IMG/VR virus record: IMGVR_UViG_3300011336_000170
Location: 1-39,659 of that record
Reading direction: 5' to 3' (one strand)
Length of the DNA stretch: 39,659 bases
From: a virus
Lineage: Duplodnaviria; Caudoviricetes
Shown: piece by piece, positions 17,576 through 25,976 of the stretch
Layout: each line of letters opens with the position of its first letter
Position numbering within the stretch: the first letter of the stretch is position 1
Position numbers and translations under genes: made by a program
The notes under the pieces: model-generated
Seen by the model: only the letters and a program-made list of their open reading frames with translations
The model's database searches: none
What the model was told of the DNA's origin: nothing

Positions 17576-18693
17576 GAATCTTCCTCACAGAAAGCCGCAC
17601 TGCGAGCACTGAGGACACGACTCTTTTTGAAAACCATACTTTCCCCCAAAAGGTCCACCTGTTTCCTGAGACCTACAACAGGATCAAGACCGGCTTGGTC
17701 AATCCAGCCCATCAGGTAGCTGAAAAGGTCTTGGACCAAGAGCTTCTAAAGCTCCTCCGAGATACACAACCTGGCAAGACAGCCTTTATCTTGGCTGCTG
17801 GCAACAGCAATTTTGCTGGCGAAGGCTCTAAACTTAATAGAGAAAATGAGTGGACCTACAACTACAAGATCCTCCCGCTGTCCCTGACCCAGATCTACGC
17901 GGGTCGTGTGGCTGCGCAGTGCGGAGAGATTGACCACACGGCAACGGACGCCACGGCCTGTACCTCTAGCCTCAAGGCACTAATGGACGTTCAGACCCTG
18001 ATCAGGTTTTATGGCTTTGACCGTGTCATTGTACTGGCCATAGAGGACCAGGTCAACAATATGACTCTCCAATTCTTTGGAGAAGCTAAGGCAACCTTGA
18101 CCGAAAGCATGGCCGAGACTCACCAGGTGGTCCCCAGTGCCTTCGATTCAAAGAACTTTGGATTCTATATAGGTCAGGGAGCTGCGTTTGCCGTATTTGA
18201 GTCAGAAGAAGCCCTAAAGCGATCAAAACTGCGGGCAAGAGCCGAACTTTTGTCAGCTTGGACGGCAACAGAGGTTGCCAAAAATGCTATTGGACAACGA
18301 GAAGATGGACAGGGTTTTAGACGAGCTATCGAGGGCGCTCTTAAACTTTGTCAAATCTCCTCAGAACAAATTAAAATCGTTAAAACTCATGGTACCGGAA
18401 CCAGATCTAACAACGAGGCTGAAAAAGCTGCGCTGGAAGGGTTTTTGAGTGATTTTGTAGCAACATCGTACAAGCAGCGAATCGGCCATACGATGGGAGC
18501 GAGTGGATTGTTAGAAACCCTCTTGCTGTTCAATGATTTAGAAAAGGGAACTGTCCCGGGGATCTTGAATCGCAGCGAGGAGGATCATGTGTTCCTCTCT
18601 GAGGCGGTTGAAGCACCCGAAGGGGCAGTGCTAAGCTTGAGTGCTGGCATGGGCAACGTGTTCAGTGCTGCGCTTTTCAACATGAGGATCTAA
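17572..18693 (+). CDS. Beta-ketoacyl-ACP synthase (FabB/FabF-like, divergent; 373 aa)
   Basis: Catalytic Cys in 'TACTSS' (17959), His in 'KTHGTGT' (18388), Lys/His in 'KQRIGHTMGASG' (18487); 'GQGAA' motif; ATGA overlap with the ACP gene. Confidence 0.9.
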   Translation: MRIFLTESRTASTEDTTLFENHTFPQKVHLFPETYNRIKTGLVNPAHQVAEKVLDQELLKLLRDTQPGKTAFILAAGNSNFAGEGSKLNRENEWTYNYKILPLSLTQIYAGRVAAQCGEIDHTATDATACTSSLKALMDVQTLIRFYGFDRVIVLAIEDQVNNMTLQFFGEAKATLTESMAETHQVVPSAFDSKNFGFYIGQGAAFAVFESEEALKRSKLRARAELLSAWTATEVAKNAIGQREDGQGFRRAIEGALKLCQISSEQIKIVKTHGTGTRSNNEAEKAALEGFLSDFVATSYKQRIGHTMGASGLLETLLLFNDLEKGTVPGILNRSEEDHVFLSEAVEAPEGAVLSLSAGMGNVFSAALFNMRI

Positions 18694-18695
18694 TT

Positions 18696-19154
18696 ATGCC
18701 ACTCGTAGACAGCAGACAACAAATGCTAGATCTTGGCGAACTACTTAAGGTAGCAGCTGAGAACACAAAATCACAGTATCCTATGGAATTTGTGTACGCC
18801 TCCTTTGTGAAGGAGATTCAGATGCCTGATAGCAAGTTTTATCGCTATGGCAACACGGTCTACGTAGTGCATGCTTCGCCAAAAGATCCTCGCAAGGGTA
18901 TGTTTAGAGCGCTGAACGCAGATACCGCTCCTAATTTTATAGCTTCTGGTTTTGCTTTTGTAGTTGATTCTTACAAAGCAGGTCTTGACACGCTGGTCAC
19001 CCAGTTCAGCGACCAGAGCCTCATAAACATTTTCCGCAATGTTGCAAAAAATCCTCCTAATCCTGGCATGGGCTATAACGTGACCATGCTGAAGGACGGA
19101 CAATACCAAGTTGCTTTGCAACTCGGACAAAAACGTGAAGGAGCACAGCAATGA
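18696..19154 (+). CDS. Hypothetical protein, candidate GNAT-fold acyltransferase (152 aa)
   Basis: Coupled ORF. GNAT is inferred only from size, alpha/beta pattern and position just before the ejection proteins; no clear CoA-binding motif seen. Confidence 0.5.
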   Translation: MPLVDSRQQMLDLGELLKVAAENTKSQYPMEFVYASFVKEIQMPDSKFYRYGNTVYVVHASPKDPRKGMFRALNADTAPNFIASGFAFVVDSYKAGLDTLVTQFSDQSLINIFRNVAKNPPNPGMGYNVTMLKDGQYQVALQLGQKREGAQQ

Positions 19155-21175
19155 GTGCCGTAGTAGAGTTTGTTGAAGACGTTGTTGGCGGCGTAGTTGA
19201 AGCAGTTGGTGATGTTGTTGAAAGCATCGGCAATGTAATCAGCGACGTTGGAGTTGCCATTGACAAGTACGTCATTCAGCCCATCCTAGACGACCCCCTG
19301 TCAGCGATTGCTACGGTAGCAGCAGCAACGTTTTTAGGACCCGCCGCGGCAGCTTTTTTTGGAACGTCAGCTACGGTTGGTGTCGGCGTCGCGGCAGGCC
19401 TTGCTAATACAGCGGCAGGTCTGGTTCAAGGTGAAGACTTTGAAACTGCAATTAAAGGAGGCCTTGCTGCAGGAGTGGGTTCTTACGCCGGAGCAGAGCT
19501 TTTTGGTGGAGGCGGCAGTGAAATGTCTTCTCCAACACCAGACCCCCTTGATCAGTTGCTAGCGAATAACAACAATTTTGTTGACGTGCCGATGGACTCG
19601 CTTGCGTCTGCTCCTTCTGCCGTAACAAGCCCAGTTAGCTCGCCGAATATCACGACTACTGACTTGCCTCCAGCGGGCACTCCAACTAGCCTAGATGTAT
19701 CTGCCCCAACAACTACAGTACAGGCTTCGCCTCTTGAGTCAGTTGCTTCTCCGGCAAACGCGACAGCGGCTGCTTCAACTACTCCAAGCCCACTTCAATC
19801 GTTAAACACAACCGTCCCGCAGGTTACGGTACCTGAGTTTACGTTATCAGGTTTGGACACCCCGTTTACGTCGGACTACAGTCTGACAGGCGGCATGCAG
19901 TCAAGTGGTCCTGGTTTCAATATCTCTAACTTTACGCCTGCCGATTCGTTTGACATCTACGGCCAGCCTAACTATGACTTGACAGCTCCAGGAACTTCCG
20001 GCGGTCCTGGCATGCAGTTTTCAAGCAGTCCTAACGTTGCCCGCATGGGCGGAGGCCAAGGCTTGACGGCGGATGTAAGTGGGCTGCCGCAGTACATGGA
20101 GAACGGAACTGCTACCACTTTCCAAGGAGCAAATGGTCGGACCTACGGCAACGCAACTCCTGACATGACAATTGGCGCAAGAAGCATGACTCCAACGCCT
20201 GATACCATTACCTACGGGGCCACGGAGAATATGGGCACCCCGGGTGTCTGGGATCAAATCACCGATGGAAACTTTACTGATGCAGCTAAAAACATTGGCA
20301 ATAAAGCCATTGACAAGGCCGTTGGTTGGTATGACAAGGCGAGCCCTTGGGAAATTGCAGGAGCTGGTCTTGGGGCAGCTACTTTGCTCGGTGGATCTGG
20401 AGCCCCTCCTGCTGGACAACCTCCAAAAGGTTCAACGCAAGACAAAAACTTTAACAAGTCACTTGACCTATACACATATATGCGCGACAAGGCAAACTAT
20501 CAAGGCGATCTCACTAAGTACGGTCAAGTCGGTGAACCAAATGCTAGCGAGCACCAATACTTCCAAAATACTAGATTCGTACCAGTCCCAATTGGAGCCA
20601 AGATGGGCGGCCTTATCCAGATGAAACATTTTGCGCAAGGCGGTCAAGCTCAAGGCATGCAAGATCCACGTAGAGCCCAGATGATGCAGGCCATGGCGCA
20701 GCAGCGTCCTGCTGGTCAAGGTGGTCCTATGGGCATGGCTCAGGGACGCCCTCCAATGATGCAAGGTATGCCTCAAGGACGTCCTCAGATGCCCCAGCAA
20801 GGTGGACCGCAAGGTATGCCTCAAGGACGTCCTCAGATGCCCCAACGTCCTCGCGACCCAAAGACAGCCTACTACCAATATGGCAACCCTCCTGCAAAAG
20901 CCATGGCAATGGGAGGTCTTAACCAAGTGCACAGCATGAGAATTGGCGGTGGCGCAGACGGTCGGTCAGATGACGTGAATGCCGTCTTGTCTGATGGCGA
21001 GTACGTATTTGACTCAGAATCGGTGGCAATGCTTGGCAACGGATCCTCTAAGGCAGGGGCCGCCAAACTTGATGAAATGCGCTCTAAACTGCGTCAACAC
21101 AAAGGACAAGCCTTGGCCAGCGGCAAAATCAGCCCTGATGCCAAAAGTCCACTAGCTTATTTGAAGGGAGCTTAA
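19151..21175 (+). CDS. Internal virion / ejection protein with hydrophobic Gly-zipper N-terminus and C-terminal 'SDGEYV' domain (674 aa)
   Basis: Amphipathic N-terminus, hydrophobic stretch at ~aa 50-120, S/T/P-rich linker, Q/M/P-rich repeats, 'DGRSDDVNAVLSDGEYVF'. Confidence 0.7.
   Translation: MSAVVEFVEDVVGGVVEAVGDVVESIGNVISDVGVAIDKYVIQPILDDPLSAIATVAAATFLGPAAAAFFGTSATVGVGVAAGLANTAAGLVQGEDFETAIKGGLAAGVGSYAGAELFGGGGSEMSSPTPDPLDQLLANNNNFVDVPMDSLASAPSAVTSPVSSPNITTTDLPPAGTPTSLDVSAPTTTVQASPLESVASPANATAAASTTPSPLQSLNTTVPQVTVPEFTLSGLDTPFTSDYSLTGGMQSSGPGFNISNFTPADSFDIYGQPNYDLTAPGTSGGPGMQFSSSPNVARMGGGQGLTADVSGLPQYMENGTATTFQGANGRTYGNATPDMTIGARSMTPTPDTITYGATENMGTPGVWDQITDGNFTDAAKNIGNKAIDKAVGWYDKASPWEIAGAGLGAATLLGGSGAPPAGQPPKGSTQDKNFNKSLDLYTYMRDKANYQGDLTKYGQVGEPNASEHQYFQNTRFVPVPIGAKMGGLIQMKHFAQGGQAQGMQDPRRAQMMQAMAQQRPAGQGGPMGMAQGRPPMMQGMPQGRPQMPQQGGPQGMPQGRPQMPQRPRDPKTAYYQYGNPPAKAMAMGGLNQVHSMRIGGGADGRSDDVNAVLSDGEYVFDSESVAMLGNGSSKAGAAKLDEMRSKLRQHKGQALASGKISPDAKSPLAYLKGA
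20761..20844 (+). repeat. 36-bp perfect direct repeat, period 48
   Basis: GCAAGGTATGCCTCAAGGACGTCCTCAGATGCCCCA at 20761-20796 and 20809-20844 (QGMPQGRPQMPQ twice). Confidence 0.9.
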
Positions 21176-21176
21176 T

Positions 21177-22598
21177 ATGGGAGTTCTAGACTTTCTGTTC
21201 CAAGGGGCTCCACCTGCATCGGTCACGACGTATGGTGAGACAACCTCTAACGTTCCTGCTTGGTATTCTGACTATACGCAGGGCTTGATCAGTCGAGCCA
21301 ACTCGATTGCCGCAGAGCCCTATCAGCCATACAGCCAGGCCAGGATTGCTGGCTTTGATCCACTTCAGACGGAGGCGTACAATAAGACTGCCGGATTATC
21401 TGGCCAGTACCAGCCCATGCTTGACATGTCGCAAAATGCGATCTACAACGCAGGGGCGGGTAGCTCTGTTGACGCGGCATCTCCGTACATCCAGCAAGCT
21501 CTCCAATATAATCCAGCAAGTGCAGCTTCTGGAGCTATTGGTCAAGCTGGAAACTTAATAGGCCAAAGCTACGGCGACGCTAGCGCCCTTGCCCAACCGT
21601 ACTTCAATCAGGCCAGTCAATACACCCAGCAAGGAGCAGGCGGCACGGCTCAATTGGCCACGCCTTACATGCAGCAGGCTTCTCAACTTGCAAATCAAGG
21701 TGCCCAGACTGGCTTAGGTGGCATACAAGACTACATGAACCCATACACTGACCAGGTGGTCAATCGTATCGGAGAGTTGGCTGGTCGCAATCTAAAAGAA
21801 AACTTGCTTCCTAACATTCAGGACAAGGCTATCCAAGCCGGTACCTTTGGCGGAAGCCGTAGCGGTGAAGCTATCGGACGGGCTTTGCGTGACAGCCAGG
21901 AATCGGCTTTGGCCCAACAGTCTTCAGCCCTTCAACAAGGTTATGGGCAAGCCGGTCAACAACTTCAAGCTGATCGCGCTCGCCAGTTGCAAGCCGCTCA
22001 GCAACAATCGGCCTTTGGTCAGCAGACGGCGGGTTTGTCGGCAGCAGACCAGCAACGTCTCATGGCAGCAGGTCAACAGCAGGCGGCCATTGGCCAATCG
22101 ACTGCTGGCTTGGAAGGCGCCGACCTTGCCAGATACGGTCAAGCCGGCTCTCAGATGGGGGCTCTTGGCCAGATGCAGGGAACTTTGGCAGGAGCCGCTG
22201 GTACTCAAAACTTGCAAGCTGCTCAGCAGATGGGAACGCTGTCTGGTCAAGACTTTGCCCGCCAGTTGCAGTCAGGACAGGCTATGGGAGCCCTTGGTCA
22301 ACAGACGCAACAGATGGGTATGCAGAATATCAGCGCCTTGGAAGCAGCCGGAGCAACTCAACAGCAACAGCAGCAACGCTCGTTGGATACGGCTTACCAA
22401 GACTTCCTCAACCAACGCGAGTACGACCGCAACAACATTGCCTTCTTGAACGCCTCTGTTCGAGGCCTGCAAGTGCCCACTTCCACAACCACCGAGTCAA
22501 CAGGACCCGCAAGCGTCTATCAACCTTCACCATTGTCGCAGCTTGGCTCAACATTGGCTTCTGGTTATGGCCTCAGCAAACTGTTTAGCGGAAAATAA
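21177..22598 (+). CDS. Gln/Ala/Gly-rich DNA ejection (pilot-like) protein (473 aa)
   Basis: GGGAG RBS; 'YMNPYTDQV', 'GTFGGSR', long Q-rich helices typical of ejected proteins; starts MGVLDFLF. Confidence 0.75.
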   Translation: MGVLDFLFQGAPPASVTTYGETTSNVPAWYSDYTQGLISRANSIAAEPYQPYSQARIAGFDPLQTEAYNKTAGLSGQYQPMLDMSQNAIYNAGAGSSVDAASPYIQQALQYNPASAASGAIGQAGNLIGQSYGDASALAQPYFNQASQYTQQGAGGTAQLATPYMQQASQLANQGAQTGLGGIQDYMNPYTDQVVNRIGELAGRNLKENLLPNIQDKAIQAGTFGGSRSGEAIGRALRDSQESALAQQSSALQQGYGQAGQQLQADRARQLQAAQQQSAFGQQTAGLSAADQQRLMAAGQQQAAIGQSTAGLEGADLARYGQAGSQMGALGQMQGTLAGAAGTQNLQAAQQMGTLSGQDFARQLQSGQAMGALGQQTQQMGMQNISALEAAGATQQQQQQRSLDTAYQDFLNQREYDRNNIAFLNASVRGLQVPTSTTTESTGPASVYQPSPLSQLGSTLASGYGLSKLFSGK

Positions 22599-22607
22599 GG
22601 ATAAAAC

Positions 22608-25600
22608 ATGCCATTGCTTGAAGATGACGAAGAAACTACCTCCATTGACGGTGGCTCGCAAGACCAACTCGATGGCGCGCAAACGTCTGGCTTCTCCTCG
22701 TCAAGAGGGGCTGCCAATCCTTACACCGGGCAGCTTCAAACCCTGCTCACTAAGTACCTCCAAAACAGTGAAAAAACAGCGACCGATAAGCAGGCCTTGC
22801 TGGATAAGGCGCGTGAGCGGATCATGGCTAGGTCCGCTGGTCCGGATCAGGCAGAGATTGCGTTTCGTCTGGCAGCTGCTTTCGGCAAGCCTACTCGGAC
22901 TGGCAGCTTTGGTGAAACGCTCGGTAATGTTGCAGAGACGACTAGTGAGGCTCTTTCGCAACGTCGTAAGGGCGCGCAAGAACTAGAAGACTTAAACCTT
23001 AAATATCAGTTGGCATCAGCTGATACCAAAGGCGAAGGACAAAAGGCTCAGATTGGAGCCCTTTCTGCTTTGGCTCGCTCAGCTCCTAGAGATCGCCTGA
23101 CAGAGATTGAGAAGCTGCAAGAAGTCATTGAGGATCCCAAATCGACTAAGGGAGCCAAGGATAATGCTCAAGCGCGTATCACCTATTTGACCACTCGTCC
23201 TTCGGCTGTCAAGACCAATGAGATTGACCAGCTTCTTGAGAAGATCAATGATCCGGCAGTGTCACCTTCCAACAAGGCTGTCTATAAGCAGCGCTTAAAC
23301 AAGCTCAACTATATTCCGGCAGAGGCCAAGGCAGATCGCGATAGCGACAAGCCCCAATCAACACCTGGCAAGATTGCCAAGGATGAAGGTTTGACTCCAG
23401 GCACCCCTGAATATCAGGCTCGTGTCAAAGCTTTGACCGGTGAAGGCAAGGGCGTGAACCTGAGCGCCACCGAGCAAAAAGAATTGTTTGAAGCTGAAGA
23501 CATTGTTAATGCCAGCCAGGCGGTTATCCTAAACTTGAACAAGGCCATAGAGATTAACCCAAAGGCCTATTCCGGCTTTGCGGCTGGCGCCCGCCGGTCT
23601 ATCGCTCGTAACATCCCTGGAGTCGGCGACTCAGAAGGCGTGACTGCCACCACTGACCTTGAATCTCTGGTCGGTCAAAACTCTCTTGACCAGATGAAGG
23701 TCATCTTTGGTGGAAACCCAACGGAAGGTGAACGCAAGATCTTGCTTGATCTTGCCGGATCAATAAACCTTGGTGAAAATGAACGAGCAGCAATATGGAA
23801 GAGGGCGGCTACGGCGGCGGCGCGACGTCTTAAGCTCAACCAGACCAAGATGGAAAACATCCGCAAAGGCGCCTACGGCAAGATCACCCCTGAAGAAAAG
23901 GCAGATGGAGGTCCTGTCGGTAGCTACGCAGATGGTGGCGTAGTCCGCATGGAAGAAGGTGGCGAATACTCGGTGGCAAACTTTGGTCGGGCTGTTGGTC
24001 AGGGCCTAGGCCTTGGCTTTGGCGACGAGGCAGTCGCTCGCGTCCGTGCCAAGATGGAAAATCGTCCCTATGAAGATGTTGTCAAGGAAGAGCGCGAGGC
24101 GTATCAGAAATTCCAAGAGAAGCATCCGTTTGCGGCTCTAGGTACCGAGTTAGCTTCTGGCCTGGTCCCAACCATCGGCATGGCCATGATCCCAGGGGCC
24201 GGAACACCTGGTGCCGTCATGGGAGCAAGTCGTATGGGGATGGCGGCAAAGTCATTGGCCCAATATATGCCTAAGTTTATGACGGGCACAATGGGCAAGG
24301 CTGCAGCTACAGGAGCTACTACCGGAGCTATCGCCGGAGCCGGTTCCGAGACCGAAGGAAATCGTACAAGCGGAGCCGTCAAAGGTGGCACAACCGGGGC
24401 TGTCCTTGGTCCGACTGTTGCTAAGGGCATTCAGCTGGGTGGTCAAGGCGTCACGGCGGTCAAGAACGCGATACGACCATCTCCTGGAGCCGTAGAGCAG
24501 CGCGCAACCAATAAGGTATTGGAAGCTATGGGCAGAGACGAGATGGACACCCAGGCCCTTAGAGAGAAAATGCGAGCAGATCGGGCTCTTGGAGTTCAGT
24601 CTACCATCATGGACGCTACCCCAGCCATGTCTACCCTTGGCGAAGCCGTCGTGACTCGGCCAGGTCCTGGTCGCAAGATCCTTGGCACTGGTTTGAACGA
24701 ACGCCTTGAAGGCGGACGTGAGGCAGCAGCTTCTCGGGCCCTTAAAGACGTAGGCAAGGGTGTTGATTACACTGCCCAAGAAGACAAGTTGGTCGGCACT
24801 TTACGCGCAAATGCCAATAACCTCTACGACACGGCTTACGCACACGGCTCGGTTGATGATACCCGCATCCTGAAGGTCTTGGAGGATGACACCTTTAAGA
24901 AGGCGTTCAAGGAAGCTCAAGCCATCTCCAGCAAAGAAGCACGGGCAGCAGAACTGCGCGGCGAAGATCCAACCCGCTTCAAGCTGAATGACATCTACAG
25001 CCAAGACAAAGACGGCAACTTGATCAGCGTTGGCAAGATCCCTGACGTCCGTACCCTTGACTACATCAAGCGCGGCATCGATGCTCTCATTGACAAAGGT
25101 TACAGAGGCGAAGGTATGGGCAAGGCAGAAGCCAATGCTCTCAAGGATCTTAAGAAGGCCTACGTTAAAGTCATTGACGATAACGTCCCAGAGTACGCCG
25201 CGGCGCGCGCAAAGTATGCAGGCGATATAGAGGTATTAGATGCGCTCCGTATGGGCCGTACTGACTACCTTAGCCCCAAGATGTTACCTGCCGAAGCCAA
25301 GAAGCTGGTCGATGCCATGTCAGACGGCGAGCGCGATGCCCTGCGCGCTGGTGTGGCCCAGTCGCTTCTGACCAAGGTTATGGACGCGCCGCAGCAAATC
25401 AATGCGGCCCAAAGGATTATAGGGGCACCTGCAACCCGTAAGCGTCTGGAAGCCTTGTTCCAAGATCCTAACGAATACAAGGTATTTGAGGCAGCCCTCC
25501 AGCGTGAGTCGGAATTGTTCCGTAATGCCCAGGACATTGTCCGCGGAAGCCGAACAGCCAACAAGACAGAAGCCTTGAAAGACTTGAAGGCCGGCAACGG

Positions 25601-25973
25601 CATCTTCGACATTGCCGGAGAAGCGGTAGACATTGCAGCTGGTTCCCCTGGCTCCGTGGTCGGGCGCGTCTTGAAATACTTGCAGGCTCGTACGTCTCTT
25701 GATGAGAAGACCGCCGCCGACGTGGCCCAGATGCTGAAGTCAGGAACCCAACAAGAGGTCGATGACGTGCTGGGCCGACTAGAATCTAGCAGTGCCAAGT
25801 TTGTAAAAGATCAGGCAACATCTGCTCGTCGTCTAAAAACAACTTCCGGCACAGTGGGAGCTGCCGCCCCAACGACTCGAAGGGCTCCTCCTGAACAGGA
25901 ACCAGAGCCCGAGGGTGAAGATGACGACGCAAAGCTCAAAAGGCTCTTGGAAAAATATAGCACAGAGGAATAA
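22608..25973 (+). CDS. Large internal virion / ejection protein (1121 aa)
   Basis: AAGGA RBS; helical N-half, xxxGG linker at ~aa 431-452, then 'GQGLGLGFGDE', Gly/Ala hydrophobic region, 'LDYIKRGID', 'GSRT'. Confidence 0.75.
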   Translation: MPLLEDDEETTSIDGGSQDQLDGAQTSGFSSSRGAANPYTGQLQTLLTKYLQNSEKTATDKQALLDKARERIMARSAGPDQAEIAFRLAAAFGKPTRTGSFGETLGNVAETTSEALSQRRKGAQELEDLNLKYQLASADTKGEGQKAQIGALSALARSAPRDRLTEIEKLQEVIEDPKSTKGAKDNAQARITYLTTRPSAVKTNEIDQLLEKINDPAVSPSNKAVYKQRLNKLNYIPAEAKADRDSDKPQSTPGKIAKDEGLTPGTPEYQARVKALTGEGKGVNLSATEQKELFEAEDIVNASQAVILNLNKAIEINPKAYSGFAAGARRSIARNIPGVGDSEGVTATTDLESLVGQNSLDQMKVIFGGNPTEGERKILLDLAGSINLGENERAAIWKRAATAAARRLKLNQTKMENIRKGAYGKITPEEKADGGPVGSYADGGVVRMEEGGEYSVANFGRAVGQGLGLGFGDEAVARVRAKMENRPYEDVVKEEREAYQKFQEKHPFAALGTELASGLVPTIGMAMIPGAGTPGAVMGASRMGMAAKSLAQYMPKFMTGTMGKAAATGATTGAIAGAGSETEGNRTSGAVKGGTTGAVLGPTVAKGIQLGGQGVTAVKNAIRPSPGAVEQRATNKVLEAMGRDEMDTQALREKMRADRALGVQSTIMDATPAMSTLGEAVVTRPGPGRKILGTGLNERLEGGREAAASRALKDVGKGVDYTAQEDKLVGTLRANANNLYDTAYAHGSVDDTRILKVLEDDTFKKAFKEAQAISSKEARAAELRGEDPTRFKLNDIYSQDKDGNLISVGKIPDVRTLDYIKRGIDALIDKGYRGEGMGKAEANALKDLKKAYVKVIDDNVPEYAAARAKYAGDIEVLDALRMGRTDYLSPKMLPAEAKKLVDAMSDGERDALRAGVAQSLLTKVMDAPQQINAAQRIIGAPATRKRLEALFQDPNEYKVFEAALQRESELFRNAQDIVRGSRTANKTEALKDLKAGNGIFDIAGEAVDIAAGSPGSVVGRVLKYLQARTSLDEKTAADVAQMLKSGTQQEVDDVLGRLESSSAKFVKDQATSARRLKTTSGTVGAAAPTTRRAPPEQEPEPEGEDDDAKLKRLLEKYSTEE

Positions 25974-25976
25974 GCC

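Noticed and set aside
17285-18693. ACP-KS as host chromosomal contamination or a complete FAS/PKS cluster
   Set aside because: The genes overlap phage virion genes on both sides and no other fab/pks genes are present.
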